From a virus (taxonomy: Duplodnaviria > Caudoviricetes): a DNA stretch of 42,011 nt. The notes beneath the pieces were generated by a model, which was not told where the DNA came from, searched no databases, and was given only the letters and a program-made list of their open reading frames with translations. This document shows, piece by piece, positions 17,880 to 26,821 of this stretch (the first letter of the stretch is position 1; each line of letters opens with the position of its first letter). The stretch is taken from positions 1 through 42,011 of IMG/VR virus record IMGVR_UViG_3300033985_000086; one strand, 5' to 3'. The position numbers and the translations under genes are program-made.

Positions 17880-17888
17880 GTTGTCTCC

Positions 17889-18488
17889 TTACAGTCCGGA
17901 TACCCGGCCGCCGCCCATGTTGAAACCGCCGCCTGTTCCGGTCGATGTGCCGCGGATGCCCCCGACGTTGTGCCACTTACTACCGCCGCCCAGCGATGCA
18001 AAGCCCATCCCGGCTTGACCCGCACCCGCAAGGAGCGTCCCGCCTGCGGCCAGGAAGGGGTTTGTCTTGCTCGACTTGTACAGGTCGCTCTGGGCCATGA
18101 AGTTGCTGCCCTGGACGCGGGAGCGCCAGGCCTGCATCTTGCCCTCGTTCAAGAGGGCCATGGCGTCCAGTTCGCCCTGCTTGGCCGTGTCGAGCGTCAA
18201 GTCGAGGAAAGAGCCAGAATCGACCACAGCGCCGGACGCGCCCATGCGGGCCCGCTGCGCCCCGATCATGATGGCCGTCTTGCGCCTCTGGGCCTCGGCG
18301 TTCCTTTCGCCCTGCTGTTCGGCAAATTTTGCTTCCATCTCGGCCGTGGCAGCATTGTTAGCCGCAACCTTGGCCTGATAGTCGGCCTGCTTGTTCGCCG
18401 CGTTGGCGGCCTGGTACTGTCCGTATGCGGTGACCGCAGTCCCCAGCAGGGTGGCCCCGAGAGCTATTGGTACAAATGCTGCGCCCAT
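17889..18488 (-). CDS. small internal virion/ejection protein
   Basis: Hydrophobic N-terminus, Ala/Gln coil, QRARMGASG motif; synteny. Confidence 0.8.
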   Translation of the reverse strand: MGAAFVPIALGATLLGTAVTAYGQYQAANAANKQADYQAKVAANNAATAEMEAKFAEQQGERNAEAQRRKTAIMIGAQRARMGASGAVVDSGSFLDLTLDTAKQGELDAMALLNEGKMQAWRSRVQGSNFMAQSDLYKSSKTNPFLAAGGTLLAGAGQAGMGFASLGGGSKWHNVGGIRGTSTGTGGGFNMGGGRVSGL

Positions 18489-18491
18489 TCG

Positions 18492-18947
18492 TTACCTCCA
18501 GAATCGAAGAACAAGGTGGCCGGTCGCGGAGTAGACCGGGTCGGGGTCGAAGGTGAAGCCGAGCCATTCCAGCCACCGAATGATCTGCGCATTACCAGCA
18601 TCGACGTGATTTTCCAAATGCCTGTATTGCGCGTCAAAAATGCCAAGCAGTCTCTTGGTTTCCCGCGCAAAAGCGACCGGGTACTTGGCGGCATGCTCCG
18701 AGGCGATGAGCCAGTACACGCCGTCCTGGGAGACGAGCGATTTCCTAGCCACGCCCCAGATGGCCAGGATCTCGTCGCCGAGCCAGGAGCTGACGCGGAA
18801 GTCCGCCATGCAGAACGTGGCCCTGATGGCGGCCTCCGGGTGCATGCAGGCCACTCGGCGTATTTCCTGCAAGTTGCTCTCTGGGATGCCGGCGGCGAGC
18901 AGGGCGTCGATGTCGGCGGGGGTGGCTGCGCGGTGTTCAATCCTCAT
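18492..18947 (-). CDS. T7 gp13-like / GNAT-fold virion assembly protein
   Basis: LENHVDAGNAQIIRWLEWLGF; follows tail tubular B. Confidence 0.75.
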   Translation of the reverse strand: MRIEHRAATPADIDALLAAGIPESNLQEIRRVACMHPEAAIRATFCMADFRVSSWLGDEILAIWGVARKSLVSQDGVYWLIASEHAAKYPVAFARETKRLLGIFDAQYRHLENHVDAGNAQIIRWLEWLGFTFDPDPVYSATGHLVLRFWR

Positions 18948-21000
18948 AGTTCACGTCCAGCATGAGGGCGATGACGGTCATGGGTAAAGGCCTGTCCTGC
19001 GTGATGTAGACCGTGGTTTGACTGGTGTGCTGCGTGTCGGGGGAGAACTCCAAGTCGCCGGAGTAGGGCTGGACTGCTGCTCCCCATTCGTCTGGCAGGT
19101 ACGGGAAGTCATACAGCTCTGTCTCGGAGGAGCCGTACTGACCGCCGACCGTGTCGAGCACCCGGATGCGCGAGAGGCCGACCGTGCGCAGGCGGCCCAG
19201 GGTGGTCCCGTCTTTTGCGTCGGCCTCGTAGGGCATCGGGGCCAGAATCGACGTATACGGGAGGCCGACGTGAACGACGCTTGCCGGGTAGGGCAGGGTG
19301 ATTGACCCGGAGGCGACCACCAAGTCCTCTACCGGGGAACCATCCGCCAGGACGGACACTGTCTTTCCTTCGAGGTGATCCAGGCCGGAAAGAACCGTGG
19401 CCGGCGTGCCGTAGTAGGATAGGCCGCAATCCACGAAGAAGGCTTCTTCGATGCCATCCTCCGCGATCCATTTCTGCTGCATCAGCTCCAGGTAGTACTT
19501 GGCCTGGCCGTCAACAGTCCGCTTCACGACCATGAAGAGATTGTCTTCGAACTCCCCCGTGATAGCGCAGACGCTGCGGTACTGGCCGTCCGTGTCGTGG
19601 CGGCTCCAGGCCCAAATGTCGTGCTCCTTCATATAGGTCAGCGCGAGGAGCACGCCGTCATTGCGCACGATCCAGACCACGGAATTTGGGGCCTGCTGGT
19701 AGGTCCACTGGCGTAGGGTGTAGCCCTCGAAAAGGTGCGGGGCCAGGACGGTCAAGTCGTTGCCGGCGTAGCCGTCCTTCTCCAGGCTGTAGAACAGGTC
19801 GCGCACATGGCTGCCCTGCTTCTGGACGTGGAGGATCGAGTTGCCGATGATGAGCGGGGGGAGCTGCGCCGAGCCCCAGTAGGACTGGGCCTTGACCTGG
19901 ACGTTCGACGGCGTGATCGGGTCGTTGCCGCCGGTCATCTGATACTCAGCCGAGCCGGTCCCGATGAGCAGCTCGCCAAAGGAGGCCATCCAGTTGATGG
20001 CATCGATGGACCCAGAGGCCAGGGTGAACTCGTAGGGGTCATCGTCCAAAAGAGGGGACCGCTTGAAGAAGCCTTTGAAGTTCCCGGTCTGCGAAGCGTT
20101 GATCGTCTGCGGAGTCTTCGCGGCCCCACCCAGGACCAGACGCTGTTCATGGAAAGTGACGAAGCCGGGGTGGTTGCCGTCCGCGAACGGGTTGTATGCC
20201 TCGAACGGCGTCTTGCTCGTCTCGGCCACGTATTTCACGTCGATGAACGTGCCCGTCGTCGTGACTCCGACCAGCCCGTAGTAGCCGCCCTCCTCCCGGT
20301 AGACGAGGTACTCCGTAGCCCCGGGAACGGCCGCTATGGTCACAGTGACCTTGTCGCCCTGAATCCAATCGGACGGATGCCGCGCCATGCAACCGGCCAC
20401 GGCAGAGGCATAGGACGTCTCGCCCTGCGCATTCACGGCCACAGCCTTGTAGCAGAGCAGGTAGTCCGCGGGGGCCACGACAGTCCCGGAGGCCACCGGG
20501 CCAGACGTAAAAACTACCTTCGGTATGAAGGGCGCGGAAATGGCAGGATCGAAGGTCACTGCCTCGATGGTGAAAGTTGTGGCCGACGTGCGGGAGAGCT
20601 TGCGCAGCGCGTGGCTCTTGTGGGCCAGGTAGACCACGTCGCCGCTCTGGGCGTAGGAAATGAAAGGGAGCTGCGCCGTCGTGTATGGCGTGGCCAGCTC
20701 GACAGGCACGCCGGCCACTTTGATGAACCCGGCTGTCGTGGCAAAGCGGACCTTCAGGTTACTGAAGACCATGACCAGGCACTGCGAAGGGTCGGAAGAA
20801 AACTGGAACGGGATCAGGATGGCATCGGCCCCAAGATCCTCGAGGAAGTATGTCCCCGGACGGCGGCGGGCGTTGCCGTGCAGCTCAACCAAGAAATTCT
20901 TCATCACCCGGCACGCTGGCTTGTACTTGGCAAGATCGTAGCGGGCGGACAGGCTCTCATCGATCTCGCCGGTCACGAAGCTGTTGAAGGGGATCTTCAT
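18937..21000 (-). CDS. tail tubular protein B (nozzle)
   Basis: NSFVTGEI, RRPGT, YAQSGDV, FHEQRL, WAWSRH, GLDHLEGKTV motifs. Confidence 0.9.
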   Translation of the reverse strand: MKIPFNSFVTGEIDESLSARYDLAKYKPACRVMKNFLVELHGNARRRPGTYFLEDLGADAILIPFQFSSDPSQCLVMVFSNLKVRFATTAGFIKVAGVPVELATPYTTAQLPFISYAQSGDVVYLAHKSHALRKLSRTSATTFTIEAVTFDPAISAPFIPKVVFTSGPVASGTVVAPADYLLCYKAVAVNAQGETSYASAVAGCMARHPSDWIQGDKVTVTIAAVPGATEYLVYREEGGYYGLVGVTTTGTFIDVKYVAETSKTPFEAYNPFADGNHPGFVTFHEQRLVLGGAAKTPQTINASQTGNFKGFFKRSPLLDDDPYEFTLASGSIDAINWMASFGELLIGTGSAEYQMTGGNDPITPSNVQVKAQSYWGSAQLPPLIIGNSILHVQKQGSHVRDLFYSLEKDGYAGNDLTVLAPHLFEGYTLRQWTYQQAPNSVVWIVRNDGVLLALTYMKEHDIWAWSRHDTDGQYRSVCAITGEFEDNLFMVVKRTVDGQAKYYLELMQQKWIAEDGIEEAFFVDCGLSYYGTPATVLSGLDHLEGKTVSVLADGSPVEDLVVASGSITLPYPASVVHVGLPYTSILAPMPYEADAKDGTTLGRLRTVGLSRIRVLDTVGGQYGSSETELYDFPYLPDEWGAAVQPYSGDLEFSPDTQHTSQTTVYITQDRPLPMTVIALMLDVNYED

Positions 21001-21003
21001 GGC

Positions 21004-21603
21004 CTACCTCGCCGTCCGGGCTTTGATCCACGACACATCTTCCTCGTCCTCCGGTTTGCCCTCGCGGTAGTCGGCCAGCTTCGCTCTGGTCAGCTCGCGG
21101 TCATAGAGCGCCTCGGCCTCCTGGACCTTCTGCGGGTTGTTCTTCAGGATCGGGACCGCGATATCGGCGGCCAGTCGGCGGGACAGGGCCCGGACGAAAT
21201 TCGGGTCATACAGTTCTGGCACGGTGACCAGGGCCGTGTAGGCCAGATAGGCGCTTGCCACATTGGTCAGAACGATCTTGGACCCACCATCCTCGGCCAA
21301 GGCCACGATGAAAGGGAAAGTATTTTCGGCGGCATCCAGCACCGTGTGGGCGTGCAGGCAGTCCACCGGCAGGGCGTAGGCGTTCTCGTAGATGCCCTGG
21401 TACCCGTCTGGGACGTCGAGGGCGGCCAGTCTGCATCGACGCTGGGCGAAGTTCCAGCGATGGTCGCGCAGGGTCTGCTCCAGCGCGGAATCATAGTACT
21501 GGGAGGCGTAGATGGCCTCGGGCCGCTTCTCGGTCAGGGCCGCGATGGGCGGTGCGCCCAGCCAGCCCAGAGCCATGTTGATGATCGAGATCTTGGACGC
21601 CAT
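21004..21603 (-). CDS. tail tubular protein A / head-tail adaptor
   Basis: IINMALGWLGA, HRWNFAQRR, YALPVDCL; synteny. Confidence 0.85.
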   Translation of the reverse strand: MASKISIINMALGWLGAPPIAALTEKRPEAIYASQYYDSALEQTLRDHRWNFAQRRCRLAALDVPDGYQGIYENAYALPVDCLHAHTVLDAAENTFPFIVALAEDGGSKIVLTNVASAYLAYTALVTVPELYDPNFVRALSRRLAADIAVPILKNNPQKVQEAEALYDRELTRAKLADYREGKPEDEEDVSWIKARTAR

Positions 21604-21618
21604 CGCGCCTCCCGTGGT

Positions 21619-21641
21619 AAAAAGGGGCTCGGAGGCCCCTT
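21619..21641 (-). terminator. intrinsic terminator after head genes
   Basis: Minus strand AAGGGGC-CTCCGA-GCCCCTT-TTT. Confidence 0.6.
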
Positions 21642-21645
21642 GGGT

Positions 21646-21831
21646 TTAGAGTTCGTCGTCAGCCGCGGACTTCTTGGTGCCCTTCTTGGGAGCGGGGGTG
21701 TCCTCGAGGATCTCGAGGTAGGTCGCGGTTTCCAGATCGTAGCCTTCCAGCTTGCGGCCTTCGAAGATGGCGCCCTGCGGGTAGTACTGACCGTCGAAGA
21801 AGCAGTCGGCGGTAGCCCGATACTTTGCCAT
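21646..21831 (-). CDS. small hypothetical virion-region protein
   Basis: AGGAGG RBS, 61 aa, in operon. Confidence 0.7.
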   Translation of the reverse strand: MAKYRATADCFFDGQYYPQGAIFEGRKLEGYDLETATYLEILEDTPAPKKGTKKSAADDEL

Positions 21832-21845
21832 GGTTCAGCCCTCCT

Positions 21846-22286
21846 TTAGGCGATCACTCTGCCCTTGTCGATGTACTGGCCGGCCTCGTAGCTGTCCTGC
21901 TCCTCACGGACCAGGGCGGCGGTCACCTTGCCGGTCGTGGGGGCGGTGCCGACCACGGTGTAGACCAGCTTCAGCCAGGGCTTGGTGACCGAGCGGGGCA
22001 GGATGCGGAGGCCGAACTTGTACCCAGCCATGAGGCTGGCCAGGGGAATGGCGCCGGTATCGCCGCCGGCCACAGTGGCGTAGGAGCCGCCCTCGGTGTC
22101 CGCCTGCTGCAGTTCGACCTTCAGCGAGGTCAGGTTGTTGAAAGCCTCGTTGACGCGGATGTCGATGAAGATGGGGTCCATCTTGCCCGCGATCTTCAGG
22201 CCGCCCAGGTGGACCTTCTTGGTAGAGTCAGCGGTAGCGGTGATGGCCTGCTGGTCGCTGAACATGTTCAAGCTATCGTAAAACAT
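21846..22286 (-). CDS. capsid cement/decoration protein (Bbp16-like)
   Basis: FSDQQAITATADST..VNEAFNNLTSL..; follows capsid. Confidence 0.8.
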   Translation of the reverse strand: MFYDSLNMFSDQQAITATADSTKKVHLGGLKIAGKMDPIFIDIRVNEAFNNLTSLKVELQQADTEGGSYATVAGGDTGAIPLASLMAGYKFGLRILPRSVTKPWLKLVYTVVGTAPTTGKVTAALVREEQDSYEAGQYIDKGRVIA

Positions 22287-22302
22287 AGGTTTCTCCTTTT
22301 AA

Positions 22303-22321
22303 GGGGAGCTTTGTGCTCCCC
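22303..22321. other. stem-loop between capsid and cement genes
   Basis: GGGGAGC-TTTGT-GCTCCCC; only a short U run. Confidence 0.45.
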
Positions 22322-22331
22322 CAATCAAAGA

Positions 22332-23318
22332 TTAGGGCAGGGCGGTCTGGGTCGACAGGATCGCGTCACACTGACGCACCGGGCGGCCATGCAGGAACGG
22401 GACGTTCTTGCTGTTGAACAGCTCTCCGTACATGAGCTGGACATTGCCAGCGTCGGAGGCCTGCAGCTCCAGGGCGGTCATCACGTCCTGGTTGCAGTAC
22501 CACACCAGGCGGTTGCGCTTGGCGGTCGGGATCTTGTTCTTGGCCTGGATGGTCAGGCGGTGCAAATCGACAAACCCGGTCTCGCCCTTCTTCAGGGTCA
22601 GCTTCTCGGTGTCGATGTTGCAGATGCGGACCACGGAGCGCCAGTCGCGAACGGTCAGGCCCACGTTCCACTCGAACAGGGTGGCCACGGCGCGGTACGG
22701 GTTGCTGTTGGCGTCCAGCACGTCCTGCTCGGGCAGCACGCGCATGGAGAGGCCAGCCTTGGAACCCTTGGGGAAGATGCCGTGGACGTCGGTGCCACCC
22801 CAGACGATGCCCCACATGTCGGTGCACTTCGAGCCGGAGCCGCCGGCGTCCACGACGTTCGGGGAGGTCTTGGTGGGGTAGCGCATGCCCAGGCCGTTGA
22901 ACTCGTCGGGGGTGGTGTTCGAGTTGCCATAGAACAAGGTGGTCGCCAGCTTCTGGCGGAACGCTTCCATGAACCCGCGGTCTTCCTGGGCGCGGTAGGC
23001 GGCAGCCTGGGAGCCGTGGAGGTCCAAGAGCTTCTTGTCGATGTTATTGCGGGCCTCCATGAGGGCGCAAGCGTCCTTGACCTGCGACACGCCGGTCTTG
23101 CTGTACGGAACGCCCTGGTACAGGCGGCGCCAGTAGACGGTGGGCAGGCTGGTGCGGATAACGGTCTTGTGGCCGTCTTCGCTGTTGGCCTCCATCCAGG
23201 GGATGTCGTCATTGATCGAGTTGTCCTGATCCATCAATTCGATCACGTCGTGGGGCTGGCCGTTCTCCTTGAAGAACTGCCCCCACTCGGCCAGGGTACG
23301 AACGAGAGTGTCAGCCAT
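22332..23318 (-). CDS. major capsid protein (BPP-1 Bbp17-like)
   Basis: RTSLP..WRRLYQGV, FYGN..PDEFNGL, GIFPKGSKAGL, DWRSVVRICNID. Confidence 0.92.
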   Translation of the reverse strand: MADTLVRTLAEWGQFFKENGQPHDVIELMDQDNSINDDIPWMEANSEDGHKTVIRTSLPTVYWRRLYQGVPYSKTGVSQVKDACALMEARNNIDKKLLDLHGSQAAAYRAQEDRGFMEAFRQKLATTLFYGNSNTTPDEFNGLGMRYPTKTSPNVVDAGGSGSKCTDMWGIVWGGTDVHGIFPKGSKAGLSMRVLPEQDVLDANSNPYRAVATLFEWNVGLTVRDWRSVVRICNIDTEKLTLKKGETGFVDLHRLTIQAKNKIPTAKRNRLVWYCNQDVMTALELQASDAGNVQLMYGELFNSKNVPFLHGRPVRQCDAILSTQTALP

Positions 23319-23335
23319 GGTGTAAATCTCCTATA

Positions 23336-23992
23336 CTATTGGGGGTTTGCCGGCCCCATGCCATCTTTGCCATAAAGGCGTTCAGCGAGGGGCCTGTTGT
23401 CGATTTTGCCGCCCCGCTCGCGATCATCGAAGACCTTGTCCTCGCTCAGGGCCGCATGAATGCGGGCCAGGAACTTGATCACGCCCGGGTGGTCTCCGAA
23501 GCCGGAAGTCTCGAGCAGTTCGACCATCTTCCCGTCCACGTCGAACTTACGCAGGGCAAGCTGGGCGCCTTTGACCGTGGCGTCGAACTTGTCGCCGCCG
23601 AACTCCTTGTCGGCCTTGATCTCGTTCACCCAGTTTTTGCGCTCCTGCAGGAAAAGCTCCTGCTGCTCCTGCATGCTCTTGATGTACAGATCGATAGCCG
23701 CCTGGGCCTGCTCCTGCGTGTAGCCCGCTTCCTTGAACTGGGCTTTCGCAGCATCAAGCTGGGCCTTGTCAATCTCGATGCCTTCGGGGAAGGTGAAGTC
23801 CGCGTACTCCTCGGGGACTACGGGCTTCTGCTCTTCCGCCTTTACTTCCGTCTGCCCCTCGACAGGCTTCTGATCCTGAACGCCAGGATCGCCGCCGAGG
23901 AGCGTCTGCGCTCCGGTATTCTCCGGTGCCGCGCCCTCACCACCCGCCGCGCCCGTGTTATCGTTGGCGCCAGTGTTCAGCTCGTCAGCCAT
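23336..23992 (-). CDS. capsid scaffolding protein
   Basis: Acidic N-terminus, VPEEYADF, GFGDHP, LAERLYG end; upstream of capsid. Confidence 0.8.
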   Translation of the reverse strand: MADELNTGANDNTGAAGGEGAAPENTGAQTLLGGDPGVQDQKPVEGQTEVKAEEQKPVVPEEYADFTFPEGIEIDKAQLDAAKAQFKEAGYTQEQAQAAIDLYIKSMQEQQELFLQERKNWVNEIKADKEFGGDKFDATVKGAQLALRKFDVDGKMVELLETSGFGDHPGVIKFLARIHAALSEDKVFDDRERGGKIDNRPLAERLYGKDGMGPANPQ

Positions 23993-24296
23993 GGAAATTC
24001 TCCTTGCCGTGTTGTTTGAGGACGGCCAGGGCGTCGGGTCTCACCTCTACAAGAAGCTCGACCACGGCCGCGCCTATCTGCCGCATGCCTTCGTGCCGGT
24101 AAACGTCCGCGTTGTTCGCGTAGCTCACCTTGAAATATCGGGAACTGTCGATCAACCAAGCGAGGAAGGTACGACAGTTCGGGTTGTCCATCATGGCATC
24201 CAGGGCGTAGCGGAGCTGGTCCTGGATGCCCTCGGCGGCCTTCCTGCGCAGCTCGACCGCCTTGGCCTCGTCGGTGAAGAGATCATCTGCGATCAC
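23985..24296 (-). CDS. Bbp19-like protein
   Basis: RTFLAWLID..HEGMRQIG; between portal and scaffold. Confidence 0.75.
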   Translation of the reverse strand: MIADDLFTDEAKAVELRRKAAEGIQDQLRYALDAMMDNPNCRTFLAWLIDSSRYFKVSYANNADVYRHEGMRQIGAAVVELLVEVRPDALAVLKQHGKENFHG

Positions 24297-26002
24297 GCAC
24301 CACCTCCGAGGGAACCAAGGAGCACGTCAAGCGCATTCGGCGCTTCCTGCTGCAGGGGCGTCTCGGCCATGGTCTTGGCCGTGTTGGCCCCGGCCTGCAT
24401 GGCCGCCATCTGCTCGGCCTGCTGCGCCTGCTGGATCTGCTGGGCCCGGGCATCCCGGACGGCGTCGCGGTCCTCCTGGGCGCGGAGCATGTCTGTCTCG
24501 AGGCCCAGGTAAGAGGCGTAGCCGTCAGCCAGCTTGTCCGGGTCCACCACGTCGAGGAGATCCGGGAGGATCTGGCCATGCATGGTGATAAAGCCCATGA
24601 ACTGGTCCACGGCCGTCGTGGCGACCATCTTTTGGGCCTGGGCGAGCAGCGAGATGAACTCGACCTTGATGTCCTGGCCCTGCACCTCTTCGGGCGGCTC
24701 CGGGAGCATGTTCTGCTCCATCATCAAGTTCCAGGTCCTGTCGATCATAGGGATGAACATCTCATCGTGCAGGCGCTCCAGCACCGGCCCGAGCAGGATC
24801 AGCTTCTCCTCTTCCTTCGCAGCGATCTCGCGGGCGGTGATCTGCCGGCGGTCGGAGTCTATGAGGAGCTTGAACAGGTCGTTGTAGAGGCCTTGCTTGA
24901 TCTCTGTCTTGAGGTCCTCGAGCGCGGCCAGGACACCTTGCGTATCGGGCCGGATGTTCATGATCGGGTAGATGGGTTGGTTGCTGCCGCTCACGTCGTA
25001 GACGTTCTCGGCGCCGGGGAGCAGGGACAGTCCCTTAGTCCCACTGGGGCGGGCCATCGGTGGGTCCACCAGCTTCTGCAGGGCCTTGAGCTTGCTCCTC
25101 TCCATGGCCTGCATCTGCAGCACGTTGCCCAGGACATCCATGCCAGGGCTGTCACCGTAGACGTCGTTGCCTGTCACGTCCCAGCGGGGGCCGAAGCCGG
25201 GGAACTCCCGGAAGCCGCTTTCGGCCAGGAGGTGCGGGTACTGCAGGCCGCCCGCGATGTTCTTGCTGCCCTCGCCGGCCTCGAGGTAGTAGACCGACGC
25301 CCAGGGCATGTTCCTGCTGTCGAGCTTGCCAGGATTGCGGTCGGCTCTCGGGTAGACCGCATGCACCACGATGAAACGGTCAACGGCCATCCGGGTCGGG
25401 TTGTCGTGGATGCGCTTCACGACATCGGGCAACTTGTCGTAGCCGAAGCGGCGGACAAGCTGCCTGGTCGTCATGGGACAGGTCCGGAAGATCGTGTCGA
25501 CCCGGCCATTCTCATCCACGTCGAGGACATACTCGCCAACCACAAGGGGGTGGAAGCGGATGCCGGACTTCTCATCTTCCAGCTCGAACATGAAGCCCGT
25601 GCCGAAAGTGCCCAACTGCCCGTAGATCGAGTGGACCACGTTGTAGAAATTGGAGCGGTGGAAGATGGTCCGCATGCGGTCCTGACAGTCGTCAAGCCAG
25701 GAACGGACAGGCTTGAAGGCGGCCAGATCCTCATCCTGCAGGGACAAGCGGAACCACGGGCGGGCAGGGGACGTCATGCCCCCGTGCATCCCCGCGGCCA
25801 GGTCGCGCATGGCCAGGATGCCCGTCGAACGCAGGATGTCCTTGCGCAGGCCGCCCCGGTTCGTGACGTCGCCTTCAAGCTCCAGACTGCGCATCTTGCG
25901 CGGCAGGAAGTGCTGGGCCAGGAGTGCCCAGTCGGCCTCCCATGTCCTTCGCTCCTGCATCAGCGCCTCGCGCCTGTTCGCCAGTTCCTTCACGTCCACC
26001 AT
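24293..26002 (-). CDS. portal / head-tail connector
   Basis: TSPARPWFRL, SNFY, FGTG, YGDSPG, TAREI..EEKLILLGPVLERL. Confidence 0.95.
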   Translation of the reverse strand: MVDVKELANRREALMQERRTWEADWALLAQHFLPRKMRSLELEGDVTNRGGLRKDILRSTGILAMRDLAAGMHGGMTSPARPWFRLSLQDEDLAAFKPVRSWLDDCQDRMRTIFHRSNFYNVVHSIYGQLGTFGTGFMFELEDEKSGIRFHPLVVGEYVLDVDENGRVDTIFRTCPMTTRQLVRRFGYDKLPDVVKRIHDNPTRMAVDRFIVVHAVYPRADRNPGKLDSRNMPWASVYYLEAGEGSKNIAGGLQYPHLLAESGFREFPGFGPRWDVTGNDVYGDSPGMDVLGNVLQMQAMERSKLKALQKLVDPPMARPSGTKGLSLLPGAENVYDVSGSNQPIYPIMNIRPDTQGVLAALEDLKTEIKQGLYNDLFKLLIDSDRRQITAREIAAKEEEKLILLGPVLERLHDEMFIPMIDRTWNLMMEQNMLPEPPEEVQGQDIKVEFISLLAQAQKMVATTAVDQFMGFITMHGQILPDLLDVVDPDKLADGYASYLGLETDMLRAQEDRDAVRDARAQQIQQAQQAEQMAAMQAGANTAKTMAETPLQQEAPNALDVLLGSLGGGA

Positions 26003-26011
26003 GGTTTTCTC

Positions 26012-26326
26012 CTACTGGCCGAGCAAGGTCTTTGTCTGCCCCGGAGCCGGTGCAGCGCCGAGAGGGCTGGTTAGAATCGTGCCCTGATGGCCCATGTACT
26101 TCTTGCGCTTGGCGTCCTGGTCGGCGACAGCCTCATTGGCGGCAGCAGTCACGTCCTTCTCGGTAGCAGGCTTCGGAGGCGGAGGCGGGGGCGGGGGCGG
26201 GGGTTTCGGCTTGGAGCCCTTGCCACCACCGCCGCCGCACAGGGCGACCGGGCCTTCGTACTCGAAGGACTGCTCGTCCAGGACGTTGCCGTCCCAGTCC
26301 ATCACGATGCGCTCGTAAATTTTCAT
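26012..26326 (-). CDS. Gly/Pro-rich small protein upstream of portal
   Basis: ATG 26326 after GGAGG; ...CGGGGGKGSKPKPPPP...TILTSPLG..KTLLGQ. Confidence 0.75.
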   Translation of the reverse strand: MKIYERIVMDWDGNVLDEQSFEYEGPVALCGGGGGKGSKPKPPPPPPPPPPKPATEKDVTAAANEAVADQDAKRKKYMGHQGTILTSPLGAAPAPGQTKTLLGQ

Positions 26327-26820
26327 GCTTTCCTCCCGAAGTCGTAGACGCTCAAGACGCCCGCGACATGTTTCTGTTTCCGTTCGATCCAGCAGGCCCC
26401 CGGGATCTTCCCCATGATTTTGAAGCCGATGGCCTCGATGAAGGGGAAGACGTGGCGGTGCGTGACCGGGGTCAGCCCGTACACGCTGTGCAGCCACCCC
26501 AGTTCTCCGAGCCACTGCATTGTGGCCAGACCTATTTCCACCGACTCCCGGCGGAACTCTTCAAAGATCGCAAAATGAATCTGCGCCGTGCGCCCCTGGT
26601 AGCCGTTCAGCCAAAACACACCGACAGGAACTTTCCCAGGATTCGTGACACGCACATACCACCAGTTTTTTATGTTGTCCATGAATTCCTGCAATCCTGT
26701 GGGCTTGCCGTCGTACCACAAGGTTTTGCAAAGGGTTACATCGTTTCGGATGGCGTGATAAGAGCCCTCTAAATGCTCCTTGGAGAGATGGTCCTTGTGC
26801 TCGAAGACGTAGCCGCCCAT
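26323..26820 (-). CDS. GNAT-fold acetyltransferase-like protein
   Basis: AQIHFAIF..GLTPVTH..IEAIGFKIMGKIP. Confidence 0.65.
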   Translation of the reverse strand: MGGYVFEHKDHLSKEHLEGSYHAIRNDVTLCKTLWYDGKPTGLQEFMDNIKNWWYVRVTNPGKVPVGVFWLNGYQGRTAQIHFAIFEEFRRESVEIGLATMQWLGELGWLHSVYGLTPVTHRHVFPFIEAIGFKIMGKIPGACWIERKQKHVAGVLSVYDFGRKA

Positions 26821-26821
26821 G

